From Candidatus Spongiisociaceae bacterium (GTDB lineage Bacteria > Actinomycetota > Acidimicrobiia > Spongiisociales > Spongiisociaceae): a DNA stretch of 64,000 bases. This document shows, piece by piece, positions 10,862 through 20,914 of the stretch. The stretch spans positions 2,688,001 to 2,752,000 of the forward strand of contig OZ253564.1 of the NCBI GenBank assembly GCA_965262915.1, in the 5' to 3' direction. The notes under the pieces were generated by a model. It made no database searches and was not told the origin of the DNA. It saw nothing but the letters and a program-made list of their open reading frames with translations. Position 1 is the stretch's first letter. Every line of letters begins with the position of its first letter. Position numbers and translations under genes: made by a program.

Positions 10862-11182
10862 CTACACGGTCCCGTCGGTGGGACCGTGTAGGGATGCGTA
10901 GTAGGCGGCCACGGCTTCCCAGCGGCGGCGCTTCTCGATACGGACGATCACGCGCGAGATCACCCGCACGCCCACGGTCACAAGCAACAGACCGAGGCAG
11001 ATGCGGAGCGCCAGAGCCGGTCCCGCCGCGAACGCCGTATCGCATCCCGCCAGCCCACCCTCGCACAGCCCGTATCCCGTGCCGTCGGTGAGGAGATCGA
11101 TCAGTATGGCGGGCGGTATGACGGCCAGCAGCAGGGCGACCAGGATCAGGATCCCACGGAGGGTCTTCAGCAGCGCGACCAC
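10862..11182 (-). CDS. Small hypothetical membrane protein
   Basis: Two hydrophobic helices around a CxxGLAGC loop; codirectional with neighbouring genes. Confidence 0.6.
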   Translation of the reverse strand: MVALLKTLRGILILVALLLAVIPPAILIDLLTDGTGYGLCEGGLAGCDTAFAAGPALALRICLGLLLVTVGVRVISRVIVRIEKRRRWEAVAAYYASLHGPTDGTV

Positions 11183-11251
11183 GACGGCATTTTAGAGGTG
11201 GTTCCGCCGCTCAGCCGCGCAGCGGTATGTCCGCAGCCGTCCCCCTCACCC

Positions 11252-12133
11252 CTAACCCTCGTCGTCCTGCGCGGCGAAGATCGAGTCGTACCCGCCCGAC
11301 CAGTCGGGTGGGATCAGGCACGGGCGAGGGTCGTGGTGTGCCCAGCGGGCCGGCCGGCCGCGGATAACCTTCCCGGTGTTGCGGGTCGGCTGCGGGTGGG
11401 CCGTGTAGGGGAACGCGTCGGCCGATGCGTAGGCGTTGAGCAGCAGCGGTCTGCCGCTGGCCTTGCCGGTGGGGGGCGAACCGTGGACCGTGCGGCAGTT
11501 GTGGACGGTGATCGACCCGGCCGGCCCCGTCAGGTAGGCGACGCTGTCGCCGTCGACTGCGGCGCCGTCCTCGGACGAGAGGCACCCCACCCAGTTACCG
11601 GCCCGGTCGTACTGGTCGTGGAGCGGGCCGTCGTGGCTGCCCGGCACCACCATCAGGGGACCGTCGTCCATACCGGTGTCGGCTAGATAGGTGCCGATGG
11701 TCAGCGGGCTGTAGTTGGTGTGGGGGTAGAACTGGATGTCCTGGTGCCACTTGACATCGTCGGACCCGGCATCCCATTTGAAGTTGAGCTTTGAGTGGTG
11801 GAAGACCACGTCGGCACCTACCAGGTCGGCGGCCACGTCGGCGATGAGCCCGGTGGCGAACTCCCAGTATGTCTCGTGCTGGCGGTCCGGCATCTTGATG
11901 CGCCGGATCTTCGGGGAGTCGCTGCTGTGGCCGTCCGCCACGTCGAAATCGCCATCGGATGCGGTGACCCCCCGGCTCCGGTCCACGAAGGAGGCGGTGA
12001 CCTCGTTGAGCCTCTCGATCCATTCGTCGGAGATCAGGGATTCGACGGTCACGTAACCGTTCTCGAAATAGGATTGCCGCTGGTCCTGGGTCAATACCCG
12101 CGGAGGCTCGGCCAGTATCTGTTCCGGTGTCAT
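11252..12133 (-). CDS. Phytanoyl-CoA dioxygenase (PhyH) family 2-oxoglutarate/Fe(II) oxygenase
   Basis: Y.ENGY, KLNFK, WHQD, GPLMVVPGSH, HNCRTVHGS. Confidence 0.9.
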   Translation of the reverse strand: MTPEQILAEPPRVLTQDQRQSYFENGYVTVESLISDEWIERLNEVTASFVDRSRGVTASDGDFDVADGHSSDSPKIRRIKMPDRQHETYWEFATGLIADVAADLVGADVVFHHSKLNFKWDAGSDDVKWHQDIQFYPHTNYSPLTIGTYLADTGMDDGPLMVVPGSHDGPLHDQYDRAGNWVGCLSSEDGAAVDGDSVAYLTGPAGSITVHNCRTVHGSPPTGKASGRPLLLNAYASADAFPYTAHPQPTRNTGKVIRGRPARWAHHDPRPCLIPPDWSGGYDSIFAAQDDEG

Positions 12134-12162
12134 GTCGGTCGTCCTGGGCTAGCGGTTCGGTG

Positions 12163-12960
12163 TCATACGGCTACCGGCGCCCGGATCGCCGGATAGGGGT
12201 CGTAACCGAGCACCCGGAAGTCCTGGTAGGAGAATGAGTATAGGTCGCGGGGCTCGGCGGGGAGTTCCAGGCGCGGCAGGGGCCGGGGCGCCCTCTCCAG
12301 CTGCCGGGTGGCCTGCTCGAAGTGGTTCCGGTACAGATGGACATCCCCGAACGTATGGATGAACTCCCCCGCCCGCAGGCCGGTCACCTTGGCCACCATC
12401 ATCAACAGGAGCGAGTACGAAGCCATGTTGAAAGGCACCCCGAGGAAGATGTCGGCGCTGCGCTGGTACAGCTGGAGGCTCAGCCGGTCACCTGTCACGT
12501 AGAACTGGAACAGAACGTGGCAGGGCGGCAGTGCCATATCGGGGAGGTCCGATACGTTCCAGGCCGACACGACCAGGCGGCGCGAGTTCGGGTCCGTCCC
12601 GATCCGCCTCACCACGTCGGTCAACTGGTCGATGGTCTCCCCGTCGGCGCCCGTCCAGGAACGCCACTGCACGCCGTAGACAGGCCCCAGGTCGCCGGTG
12701 ACGGGATCGGCCCACTCGTCCCAGATCCTGACCCCGTGATCGTTCAGGTAGCGCACGTTGGAGTCCCCCGCCAGGAACCAGAGCAGTTCGTGTATGACCG
12801 AGCGGACGTGCACCTTCTTGGTGGTGAGGAGCGGGAGTCCCTCGTCGAGGTCGAAGCGCAACTGGCGACCGAACAGGCTGTACGTGCCCACGCCCGTCCG
12901 GTCGTCCTTGGGGATCCCGTGGTCCCTGATCTCCCTGAGCAAGTCGAGGTACTGACGCAT
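12163..12960 (-). CDS. thyA: Thymidylate synthase
   Basis: [25 protein letters not shown], catalytic [27 protein letters not shown]. Confidence 0.98.
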   Translation of the reverse strand: MRQYLDLLREIRDHGIPKDDRTGVGTYSLFGRQLRFDLDEGLPLLTTKKVHVRSVIHELLWFLAGDSNVRYLNDHGVRIWDEWADPVTGDLGPVYGVQWRSWTGADGETIDQLTDVVRRIGTDPNSRRLVVSAWNVSDLPDMALPPCHVLFQFYVTGDRLSLQLYQRSADIFLGVPFNMASYSLLLMMVAKVTGLRAGEFIHTFGDVHLYRNHFEQATRQLERAPRPLPRLELPAEPRDLYSFSYQDFRVLGYDPYPAIRAPVAV

Positions 12961-13044
12961 CGTGCCTCCGAATCACATGACTGTAACAAACATAGTCCCG
13001 TCGTGGGCCCGGCGGAGGAAATCCGGACCCTTCCCTACCTCATA

Positions 13045-13785
13045 TCAGAATGCGCTGGACTCCGTCCACCGTTCCAGTACCGCCGGATCGCCCTCGACGT
13101 GGAGGTTCCCGAGCGGGGTACGGCTCCAGAGGTAGGGGTACAGGTCGGCCGCGGCGCCCGACACCGTGCAGTCCGCCTCACCGAGCCCCCTCCGGCCGTG
13201 GGCTGTCTTCGGTCCGAACGTGGTGGTCCAGCCTCGATCCACGTCGGTGGCCGACACCCCCAGCGTCATGTTCCCGGGGGCGCTGGGAAAGCGGTCCGGA
13301 CGGCTGATGAACCAGACCACCAACTCGTCGATCCCGTCGGCCGCGTGCATCGGGTCGAACCCGGAGAGGGTGCCTGCCGCCAGTTCCGTATCGACCCGAT
13401 GGATCGAGGTCTCGTGCGCCTGGCGCCGGGCCCAGAAGTCCCGCGGCGAGGATGCGCCCATGATGGTCCAGCACCGCAGGTCCGGTGGAGCGTTCTCGAA
13501 GGCCGCGATCAGGAGTTCGTGGCCCTCCCGGAACCAGTCGGCCAGCCCGGCGTCGGAGGGCCATCCCGCGGGAAGGATCTCTTGGAGGTCGGCCGGGGGT
13601 TCGGGGCGTCCTTCCGAGATCATCAACCCCGCCCAGCGATGGACGCGGCCGGTGTGGTGCACCAGGTCGCGTACCGACCAATCGGGACAGCTGGGCACGG
13701 GCACGTCGGGGTTGACCTGCTCGGTGGCGTCGGCCATCCGCACCCCCTCCCTGCGGAGAGCATGGATCCAGGTTGTGAAGTCCAC
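13045..13785 (-). CDS. Maleylpyruvate isomerase family mycothiol-dependent enzyme (MDMPI)
   Basis: VPSCPDWSVRDLVHH, FWARRQAHETSIHRVD, AADGIDE; MDMPI C-terminal domain. Confidence 0.9.
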   Translation of the reverse strand: MDFTTWIHALRREGVRMADATEQVNPDVPVPSCPDWSVRDLVHHTGRVHRWAGLMISEGRPEPPADLQEILPAGWPSDAGLADWFREGHELLIAAFENAPPDLRCWTIMGASSPRDFWARRQAHETSIHRVDTELAAGTLSGFDPMHAADGIDELVVWFISRPDRFPSAPGNMTLGVSATDVDRGWTTTFGPKTAHGRRGLGEADCTVSGAAADLYPYLWSRTPLGNLHVEGDPAVLERWTESSAF

Positions 13786-13789
13786 GGGG

Positions 13790-14005
13790 CTACCCGCCCG
13801 CCAGTGGGATTCGCAACACCAGATGGTCGTCCTCGACCGACCAGGCCGCGCCCCCGACCAGCGCGAAGTCGGTGTAATCGAGTTGCGCCTGCTCGATTAA
13901 GGCTCGCCTACCCTCCCCCGCCACGGGAGGCAGGCCCCGCTTACTCACCGCCTCGGCCCGGCCACGGAACCTCTCGAGCATCGCGTCGATATCCAACTGT
14001 GCCAC
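13790..14005 (-). CDS. Small conserved-looking hypothetical protein
   Basis: GTG start after AGGAAGGA; protein-like 71 aa (DIDAMLERFRGRAEAV..LPPVAG..LVLRIPL), 4 nt from next gene. Confidence 0.65.
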   Translation of the reverse strand: MAQLDIDAMLERFRGRAEAVSKRGLPPVAGEGRRALIEQAQLDYTDFALVGGAAWSVEDDHLVLRIPLAGG

Positions 14006-14296
14006 GGTCGTCCTTCCTGCTCGTTTGGGACCAAGAGTAGAACAGCCGTGGACATGGGGTGAATCCGATCGGCGGAAGGTGCATATACGAGAGGACTTCA
14101 ATCGTGGCGGTCCTCGGCCCTGACACGATCGATGGGGTTCGTACCAACGATCGGTCTCCTCGAATCGATGGTCCTGGACAAGGGGGGCCGTACCGTCGAT
14201 ACCAGGCTTATGGTAACGAAACGTACACCAGTGATCACAGATGTTAAACATCGGCTCGACTACGGACCCGGACACCGTGAACAGGAGGATGCGGCC

Positions 14297-14472
14297 ATGA
14301 CGGTAGTGGCGAATCCCTCGTCGACGCCAAGGACGAGGCCCGCCAAGCCGAAGCACGAGTCGATATCGCGGAGTCGGTCAACGCCATCGAACGTCGGATG
14401 ATCCAGATCGCCTTCTGGATCATCGGATTCAACCTGGCTATGGCCGGGCTCATCATTGCCGTGCTCCGCTAG
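14297..14472 (+). pseudogene. Frameshifted small coiled-coil + C-terminal TM protein (DUF1640-like architecture)
   Basis: AGGAGG-N8-ATG at 14297 is out of frame with ..DIAESVNAIERRMIQIAFWIIGFNLAMAGLIIAVLR* ending at 14472. Confidence 0.4.
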
Positions 14473-14641
14473 CAGTGATGCGGGGTTCCCCCAGGGCTAA
14501 GGCAACCGGGCGCTACCGGCTGGGCTTGACGAACCGGCGGGACCGCACGCCCGGTCCCGGCTGGTACCGGAGCAGCCCCGCGGTAGCCGGCCCTGCGACC
14601 CTTGGCCCGCTCACGAACCGGCTTCGCCTCTGGCCGCCGTG

Positions 14642-14809
14642 TCATACTTCCTTCTTGACCAGGATGCCTTCGATGCGGGCTACCCGCTCAGAGAGTTCCT
14701 GCACCTTATCAGCGAGCCGATCCCGCCGGTTGAGAACCACCACTACCAAGGCAATAACCGTAGGACCGACCGCTCCAAATACCGAACTGAACTCTGCCCA
14801 GTCAATCAC
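14642..14809 (-). CDS. 55-aa protein, N-terminal TM helix + short coiled coil (below the ORF-track cutoff)
   Basis: Manual translation MIDWAEFSSVFGAVGPTVIALVVVVLNRRDRLADKVQELSERVARIEGILVKKEV*; purine-rich leader. Confidence 0.6.
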   Translation of the reverse strand: MIDWAEFSSVFGAVGPTVIALVVVVLNRRDRLADKVQELSERVARIEGILVKKEV

Positions 14810-15031
14810 GGTTCTTCTCTTTCCTCTACTATCCTATTCTAACAATACTCCTCCACTCTGCCGACTAGGTATGTAGCTGCCCTGAAGAACCTCCCCTTGG
14901 CCCGACGGTCGATGGAAGGAATGCCAGCTCAGCGGACGGCGGGCCAACCGTTTTCACCGTTTTCCCAGCACCCTCGTAGCCACAGCACTTGGATTCGAAA
15001 ACCCGACCGCTCTCCGCCGTCACGCCAGCAC

Positions 15032-16156
15032 TCATGCTCCCCCGCTCCCCGGGCCGATGACCGGACGCCTGAGCGGATCGGGTACCCGGGGACGCCTCTC
15101 CGGACTCGGTAGGGGTAGCCGCTCTCCCGCCACGTAATAGCGGCCCCGTCGTTCTCCCACCGCACCGAGGAATCCGAGCCGTACCAGTCTGGTGAGGTCG
15201 GAAGTCGCCACCCGTTCGCTGACATCGGCGTAGGCGACGTGATCGTGTCTGCGGATCCGGTATCCCACCGCGGCGTTGTACAGAGATCCCATGTTTCTCT
15301 CGTGCAGGCCTGCGTCGGTCCTGGCGCGATCGATGAGCCCCCACAGACGATCGGCCTCTTCAACTCTCCAGGCCATCAAGTGGACCTGGCAATGATGTGC
15401 GGTGAGAACGAACCTGATCCAGGGGCGGGCGTCCCGGTCCGGGCTCCAGCGGGTGCCCCCGACTTCGGCCAACACCTGGTAGTAGGCAGGTGTGTTGCGT
15501 CCCAGGTATTCCTCGATGCTGGAGAAGCGCGGGTCGAGCGGGCCGTCGCGTCCGAGGACGAGGGTCTGAAGCGCGCGCGACATCCGACCGTTCCCGTCCT
15601 TGAAAGGGTGGATCATCAGCAGGTTCAGGTGCGCCATTGCCGCCCGGACCAGCACCGGAGCATTGTCGGCGGGATCGTTCAAGAACATGATGAGTTCGCG
15701 AACCAGATCGGGCGCGATCTCCGGGTCCGGACCCTCGTAGGCGCCCACGAAGATAGGGTCTGGTCGGTAGAGGCCGGGTAGACACCCCCGGTCGTGTTTC
15801 ATCATCATGTAGTGGATGCTCCGGATCACCCCGTCGCTGTAGGTGAAGTGGGGGTCCGAGACAAGCTGAATGATGTAGTCCATAGCGTCGCGGTAACCCC
15901 GGACCGCCTCCCAGTCGTGGCCGGTCGCCTCGAAGGGTTCTGTCCCGTCCACGGCCGCGGTGGCGTCGTCATGGCTCACGTGGTGCCCTTCAATGCCGGT
16001 GGAGGCGCGTATGTTTCCGGCGGCCACCGACCTCCGCAGTAGGCCTTGCCAACGGGGTGGCTCGTACAGCAGGTGCTGGAGACGGCGCCGGACTTCATTG
16101 ATAGAGTCGATCACCTCGAGCTCCTGGCCATCGAGCGAAGGTGCTTGAAACAACAT
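15032..16156 (-). CDS. Fic family protein
   Basis: Fic motif HPFKDGNGRMSR, inhibitory-helix-like STGIEG, C-terminal wHTH. Confidence 0.93.
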   Translation of the reverse strand: MLFQAPSLDGQELEVIDSINEVRRRLQHLLYEPPRWQGLLRRSVAAGNIRASTGIEGHHVSHDDATAAVDGTEPFEATGHDWEAVRGYRDAMDYIIQLVSDPHFTYSDGVIRSIHYMMMKHDRGCLPGLYRPDPIFVGAYEGPDPEIAPDLVRELIMFLNDPADNAPVLVRAAMAHLNLLMIHPFKDGNGRMSRALQTLVLGRDGPLDPRFSSIEEYLGRNTPAYYQVLAEVGGTRWSPDRDARPWIRFVLTAHHCQVHLMAWRVEEADRLWGLIDRARTDAGLHERNMGSLYNAAVGYRIRRHDHVAYADVSERVATSDLTRLVRLGFLGAVGERRGRYYVAGERLPLPSPERRPRVPDPLRRPVIGPGSGGA

Positions 16157-16293
16157 TTCTGTAATTCCTTGGTAAAGCGAACTTCTTCTTATAATAAGAG
16201 AACTAGCCGGTCTATCCAACCTGTGGCTTCGGTTCGTGGGAGTTCAGGATCCCGAGGCGGTTTGTCGAGCTCCCGCCTCGCGGGCGAACACCG

Positions 16294-17433
16294 TCAGTTT
16301 GTTTCGGGTTCCTGCGGGCTCTCCATCGGTGGGGCCGTCGTCTCCTCCGGATGGGGCTGATCGAGATTCGACTCCTCAACCTGATGGCGCTCGACGTAGG
16401 TGGACACGAAGGCCTGGGTGATGGCGGCCGCCGGCAGGGCCACCAGCGCTCCGACGGTTCCCACGAGAGCCGCGCCGACGAGCACGGAGCCGAACGCCAC
16501 CGCCGGATGAAGCGACATCGTCCGGGCTGTGATTCGGGGAGACAGAACCAGGTTCTCTATCTGCTGGTACGCGACCAGAACCACGATCACCACCAGGGCC
16601 GTGATCGGTTTGACCGTGAGGGCCACCAGTACGGGCACCACCGCTGCCAGGTAGGTTCCCACCGCCGGAACGAACTGGGATACCACCCCCACCCAGATTG
16701 CCAGGGCAAGAGCGTACGGAACGCCGATTATCAGCAGCGCCACGTAGGTGAAGACCGCGGAGATCAGGGCGAGCAGAGCGCGGGAATACACGTATCCGCC
16801 GGTCTTCTGGATGGCGATCTCCCAGATCCGGACCACCTCGGCCTGGCGTTCGGGGCGGACCAGTGACAGGACCAGGCGACGGAATCGGGGTCCGTCCGCC
16901 AGCAGGTAGAACGTGAAGAGGGCCATCGTGAAGAGCTGCAGCAGGAGCCCCAGCACCTTGCTGCCGATCCCCAGGATGCCGCTGGCCAGGGACGTGGCGT
17001 ACTTCTCGAGAACGCCTTGAAGATCGATGACATCCGATGACAGGTTCGAAAGGTCCATGTCGATTCCGAACCGCTCGGTGAGGAACTCGCTCACCGTTCT
17101 GAGCCAGTTGGGAATGTTGGACGCCAGGGATGCCATCTCGGTGACGAGGGGAGGGAGGGTGATGGCCATGAAGAGCAGCCCGGCGAGCACCGAGACGGAG
17201 AACACGACGCCGGTCGCCACGCCTCGCCGCCAGCCCCGCCTGGCCAGGAAGGTGACGCCGGGTTCCAGTGCGAAGGATATGAAGAACGAGAGCACCAAGG
17301 TGAGCAGGAGGCTGCGCAACCGACCGAGTGACCACACGAGAGCGTAGGTGCCGAGGAATGTCAGTACCACCAAGCCGAGCAGCCGAGGGATCCACGGGGG
17401 CATACCGTCGTGGCGGACGGTGGCTTCTTCCAT
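16294..17433 (-). CDS. AI-2E (PerM) family transporter
   Basis: Multi-TM; FYLLADG, QQIENLVLSPRI, LHPAV, GALVALP. Confidence 0.9.
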   Translation of the reverse strand: MEEATVRHDGMPPWIPRLLGLVVLTFLGTYALVWSLGRLRSLLLTLVLSFFISFALEPGVTFLARRGWRRGVATGVVFSVSVLAGLLFMAITLPPLVTEMASLASNIPNWLRTVSEFLTERFGIDMDLSNLSSDVIDLQGVLEKYATSLASGILGIGSKVLGLLLQLFTMALFTFYLLADGPRFRRLVLSLVRPERQAEVVRIWEIAIQKTGGYVYSRALLALISAVFTYVALLIIGVPYALALAIWVGVVSQFVPAVGTYLAAVVPVLVALTVKPITALVVIVVLVAYQQIENLVLSPRITARTMSLHPAVAFGSVLVGAALVGTVGALVALPAAAITQAFVSTYVERHQVEESNLDQPHPEETTAPPMESPQEPETN

Positions 17434-17552
17434 GGATGCGAGCCTAGTGGGCGCCTACCTGCTTCCCCGGCTTGGTGGTGCAGATGAAGGGAGCGGCGCC
17501 GATAGAGTAGGGACACCACACATCCGGCACCGAGAACAGGGAATCCCTTCAC

Positions 17553-19496
17553 ATGGAAGTACAACAGGTTGTCTGGCGGGCTACCGAAGAAGATGTGGCT
17601 CGCTCGCGCACAGCGGAGTTCATGGCCCTACACGGGATCGGAAGCTACGAGGAGCTGGTCCGCCGTTCCGCCGAGGACATCGAGTGGTTCTGGGAAGCGG
17701 CCGTCGAGTACCTGGGAATCCCCTTCTCGACCCCCTACCACACGGTCCTCGACGCCGGCGACGGTCCGGCGTTCCCCCGCTGGTTCCTGGGTGGACACGT
17801 CAACCTCTCGGAGGCCTGCGTCGATCGTTGGGCGGCTCGAGACCCGGACCGGGTGGCGCTGGTCGCCGAGCGGGAGGACGGTGTGCAGCGAACCTACAGC
17901 TTCGGCCAGCTGTTGGAGATGGTGGAGCGGGCTGCCGGCGCCCTCATCCGGGTGGGTGCGTCCAAGGGCGACACCGTGGCTGTCTACCTGTCGATGATTC
18001 CCGAGGCGGTGGTGGCGATGCTGGCGGCTGCCCGGATCGGGGCCATATACGTGCCGATCTTCTCCGGCTTCGGCGCCGAGGCGGTGGCTTCCCGTCTCGA
18101 GGCGTGCGACCCGGCGGTTGTGGTCACCGCCGACGGTTACACCCGCCGCGGCAGGCCCATCGCCATGAAGGAGGTGGCGGACAGAGCCATCGAGATGGCG
18201 GGCGTGACACCGTCTGTTCTGGTGGTCTCCAATCTGGGACGGACCGATGCACCGTGGACCCGGGGACGCGATCGATGGTGGGAGGAGACCCTCGAGGCCT
18301 CGGAGCGGTTGCCGGCGCTGGCCACATCGAGCGAGGATCCCGTCCTGTTGGCCTACACGTCCGGCACCACCGGGAAACCGAAGGGGGTGGTCCACGTCCA
18401 GGGCGGTCTGACCGCCAAGCTGGCGGTGGAAGGCGCGTTCCAGTTCGAGATGCAGCCCGAGGACCGGGTGATGTGGATGACCGACATGGGCTGGATCATG
18501 GGTCCGTGGACCGTGATGGCCGGCATGGGAAACGGGGCCTCGGTGGTCTGTTACGACGGCGCCCCCGACTACCCGACACCCGGCAGGCCTTGGGATCTGG
18601 TCGGATCACTCGGGATCACCATCCTGGGCATCTCCCCCACTCTGGTACGGGCTCTACAGCCTCACGGGGCCCGTCATGCGGCCGGCGCCGACTTCTCCAC
18701 GCTGCGGGCGTTCGGCTCGACCGGAGAGCCCTGGAACCCGGCCCCGTGGTGGTGGCTGTTCCGCGACGTGGGCGGCGAGCAATACCCGATCATCAACATC
18801 TCGGGAGGCACCGAGGTCGGCGCGTGCCTGCTGACGGTCAACATCCTGCAGGGGATCAAGCCCGTCTCGCTGGGCGGTCCCTCGCTCGGGATGGCCATGG
18901 ACGTCTACGACCAGGAGGGCCGCCCCATCCGGGAGGAGGTGGGCGAACTGGTCTGCACGAAGACGTGGCCGGCGATCACCCGAGGTTTCTGGGGGGACGA
19001 CGACCGCTACTTCGGCACCTACTGGGGTCGCTGGCCCGACGTGTGGGTACACGGCGACTGGGCCACCATCGACGCCGACGGGTTCTGGTTCCTGCACGGA
19101 CGCTCCGACGACACCCTCAACATCGCCGGGAAGCGGATCGGTCCGGCCGAGGTCGAGTCCGCGGTGGTAGCCCACCCGGATGTGGTCATGGCCGCGGCGA
19201 TCGGCATTCCCGACCCGGTGAAGGGCGAGGTGATAGCGGTCTTCGTGGTGCCAACCGGTGAAGGGGATGGCGAGCAGTTGGCAGATGAACTGTCCGAGAT
19301 GGTGGTTCGGACTCTCGGCAAGCCTTTCCGCCCCGCCGTCATCAGGTTCGTGGACGACCTTCCCCGCACCAGGTCGGCCAAGATCATGCGCCGCGTGGTG
19401 CGCGCCCGCGCGCTGGGCAAGGACACCGGCGACCTCACCAGCCTCGAGAACCCCGCCGCGGTGGAGGCGATCAGCCGCCTCGATATGGGCGGTTAG
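17553..19496 (+). CDS. Acetate/acyl-CoA ligase (AMP-binding, Acs-like)
   Basis: YTSGTTGKPKG, DMGWIMG, STGEPW, SGGTE, HGRSDD, LPRTRSAKIMRR. Confidence 0.93.
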   Translation: MEVQQVVWRATEEDVARSRTAEFMALHGIGSYEELVRRSAEDIEWFWEAAVEYLGIPFSTPYHTVLDAGDGPAFPRWFLGGHVNLSEACVDRWAARDPDRVALVAEREDGVQRTYSFGQLLEMVERAAGALIRVGASKGDTVAVYLSMIPEAVVAMLAAARIGAIYVPIFSGFGAEAVASRLEACDPAVVVTADGYTRRGRPIAMKEVADRAIEMAGVTPSVLVVSNLGRTDAPWTRGRDRWWEETLEASERLPALATSSEDPVLLAYTSGTTGKPKGVVHVQGGLTAKLAVEGAFQFEMQPEDRVMWMTDMGWIMGPWTVMAGMGNGASVVCYDGAPDYPTPGRPWDLVGSLGITILGISPTLVRALQPHGARHAAGADFSTLRAFGSTGEPWNPAPWWWLFRDVGGEQYPIINISGGTEVGACLLTVNILQGIKPVSLGGPSLGMAMDVYDQEGRPIREEVGELVCTKTWPAITRGFWGDDDRYFGTYWGRWPDVWVHGDWATIDADGFWFLHGRSDDTLNIAGKRIGPAEVESAVVAHPDVVMAAAIGIPDPVKGEVIAVFVVPTGEGDGEQLADELSEMVVRTLGKPFRPAVIRFVDDLPRTRSAKIMRRVVRARALGKDTGDLTSLENPAAVEAISRLDMGG

Positions 19497-19629
19497 CAGC
19501 CGCCTCGGAGATCTCCTCGTGCAGCGTCCTGGTACCGATGTAAGGTTGGTGAGAGCCGGGTACCGTTTCCCGCACTCCTCGGGGACCGTCCATTGCGCGG
19601 TCCACATGGTCGAGGTCAGGAGAGAAACC

Positions 19630-19830
19630 ATGTCCAGCATTGTGGAGATCCAGCAGGCTATTCTCGTTCTTCCTAGGTCCGAGTATGTCCAGTTGAGAAA
19701 GTGGCTCAACGATCTGGATTGGGAAAAGTGGGACAGGCAAATCAAAGCCGATTCAGAGGAAGGAAGACTGGATTTCCTGATTGCAGAAGCTCTCGAGGCC
19801 AAGGGGAATGGCACGCTCGTAGAGTTTTAG
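19630..19830 (+). CDS. Putative antitoxin of a type II TA pair
   Basis: 66 aa (MSSIVEIQQAI..WDRQIKADSEEGRLDFL) abutting the toxin; AGGAG RBS. Confidence 0.7.
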   Translation: MSSIVEIQQAILVLPRSEYVQLRKWLNDLDWEKWDRQIKADSEEGRLDFLIAEALEAKGNGTLVEF

Positions 19831-20085
19831 ATGCATCGGACAACGCCCCGGTTCTGGAGACATCTCGGACAGCTCCCGGCGCCGGTCCAGCGGGCTGCGA
19901 GGCGAAATTTCCGCCTGCTAGCAGATAATCCAAGACATCCTTCTCTCCATTTCAAGAAGGTAGGCAAGTTCTGGTCGGTACGGGTAGGACTCGACTATAG
20001 AGCGCTTGCCGTTGAAGACGACGGTGGCTTCATCTGGGTGTGGATCGGTAACCACGACGAATATGACCGGTTCATCAAGTACTAA
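19831..20085 (+). CDS. RelE/ParE-superfamily toxin
   Basis: NPRHPSLHFKKV, WSVRVGLDYRAL, WIGNHDEYDR. Confidence 0.8.
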   Translation: MHRTTPRFWRHLGQLPAPVQRAARRNFRLLADNPRHPSLHFKKVGKFWSVRVGLDYRALAVEDDGGFIWVWIGNHDEYDRFIKY

Positions 20086-20093
20086 ACGGGTGA

Positions 20094-20414
20094 TCAGAAT
20101 CGAACGGCCTTCACCTTGAGATGCACATCCTCGTGCTGCTGGATACGGCTGATGACCTCGAAGAGGTTCCGGGTGTGAGGATTGCCGGCCGGTCCGAACA
20201 TGCGCATGAGACACTTCGGCGGTTTGTCCGTGAGGGCGCCGAGTTGAGCGAACCCGACGGTGGCGTTGATGTAGTCGCGCAGCATGATCTTGCCAGTCTC
20301 GATATCCCCGGCAAGCAGGCACTCGACGCCTTCCTCGAGCAACCCTTCTCGAAAGGCCGGGTCGCGCCTGGCACGGGCCTGTACGGTCTGCTTGAAGGCA
20401 CGGGTTAGCGGCAT
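20094..20414 (-). CDS. Addiction-module antidote / HTH antitoxin-like regulator
   Basis: LTRAFKQTV..RDPAFREGLL, LRDYINATVGF, MFGPAGNP; strong RBS. Confidence 0.8.
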   Translation of the reverse strand: MPLTRAFKQTVQARARRDPAFREGLLEEGVECLLAGDIETGKIMLRDYINATVGFAQLGALTDKPPKCLMRMFGPAGNPHTRNLFEVISRIQQHEDVHLKVKAVRF

Positions 20415-20417
20415 ATT

Positions 20418-20480
20418 TCACTCCTCCTGCTTGTGACGTTTGTACTCTCGCCAAAGCGCGCGGACACTGGAAAGGCAGAG
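20418..20480 (-). pseudogene. 3' remnant of the cognate addiction-module toxin
   Basis: Reads ..VRALWREYKRHKQEE* immediately upstream of the antidote, resembling killer-protein C-termini; rest absent. Confidence 0.45.
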
Positions 20481-20584
20481 CCGGGTCATGTCGCCGGGTG
20501 CTGCAAAGTCTAGACTTGGAGGAGGAAGCCCTCTCGCGGCCACCGACTACCCATCACTGACCACTGGCAACTGATCACCGGCGA

Positions 20585-20914
20585 CTACCTCCCCTGCTGT
20601 TCCATGACGTAGCGGGTCACGCGCAGGATCTGTTCGTCGCTGAGAGTGCCGCGGAAGGACGGCATCCGGCCGATCCCGGCTGAGATCGACTGGACGAAGT
20701 AGCGCTCGGGTTTGTCGATCGACCGGGCGTCCTCCCCCACCAGGGGCAGCCCGGTACCGCCGCCCAGGTCCTCGCCATGGCACCGGGCACAGACCTGCAC
20801 GTAGATCTCCTCGCCGGTGGCGTCCTCGGCCACTCCCCCGCCTCCACATGCAGACAGGACCACCACCAGGAGCGCGAGCAGCCCGAACGCGTACTTGGGG
20901 ATGCGTCCGGTCAC
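20585..20914 (-). CDS. Monoheme cytochrome c lipoprotein
   Basis: Lipobox VLSAC, heme motif CARCH, distal MPSF; GTGA overlap with upstream gene. Confidence 0.88.
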   Translation of the reverse strand: MTGRIPKYAFGLLALLVVVLSACGGGGVAEDATGEEIYVQVCARCHGEDLGGGTGLPLVGEDARSIDKPERYFVQSISAGIGRMPSFRGTLSDEQILRVTRYVMEQQGR

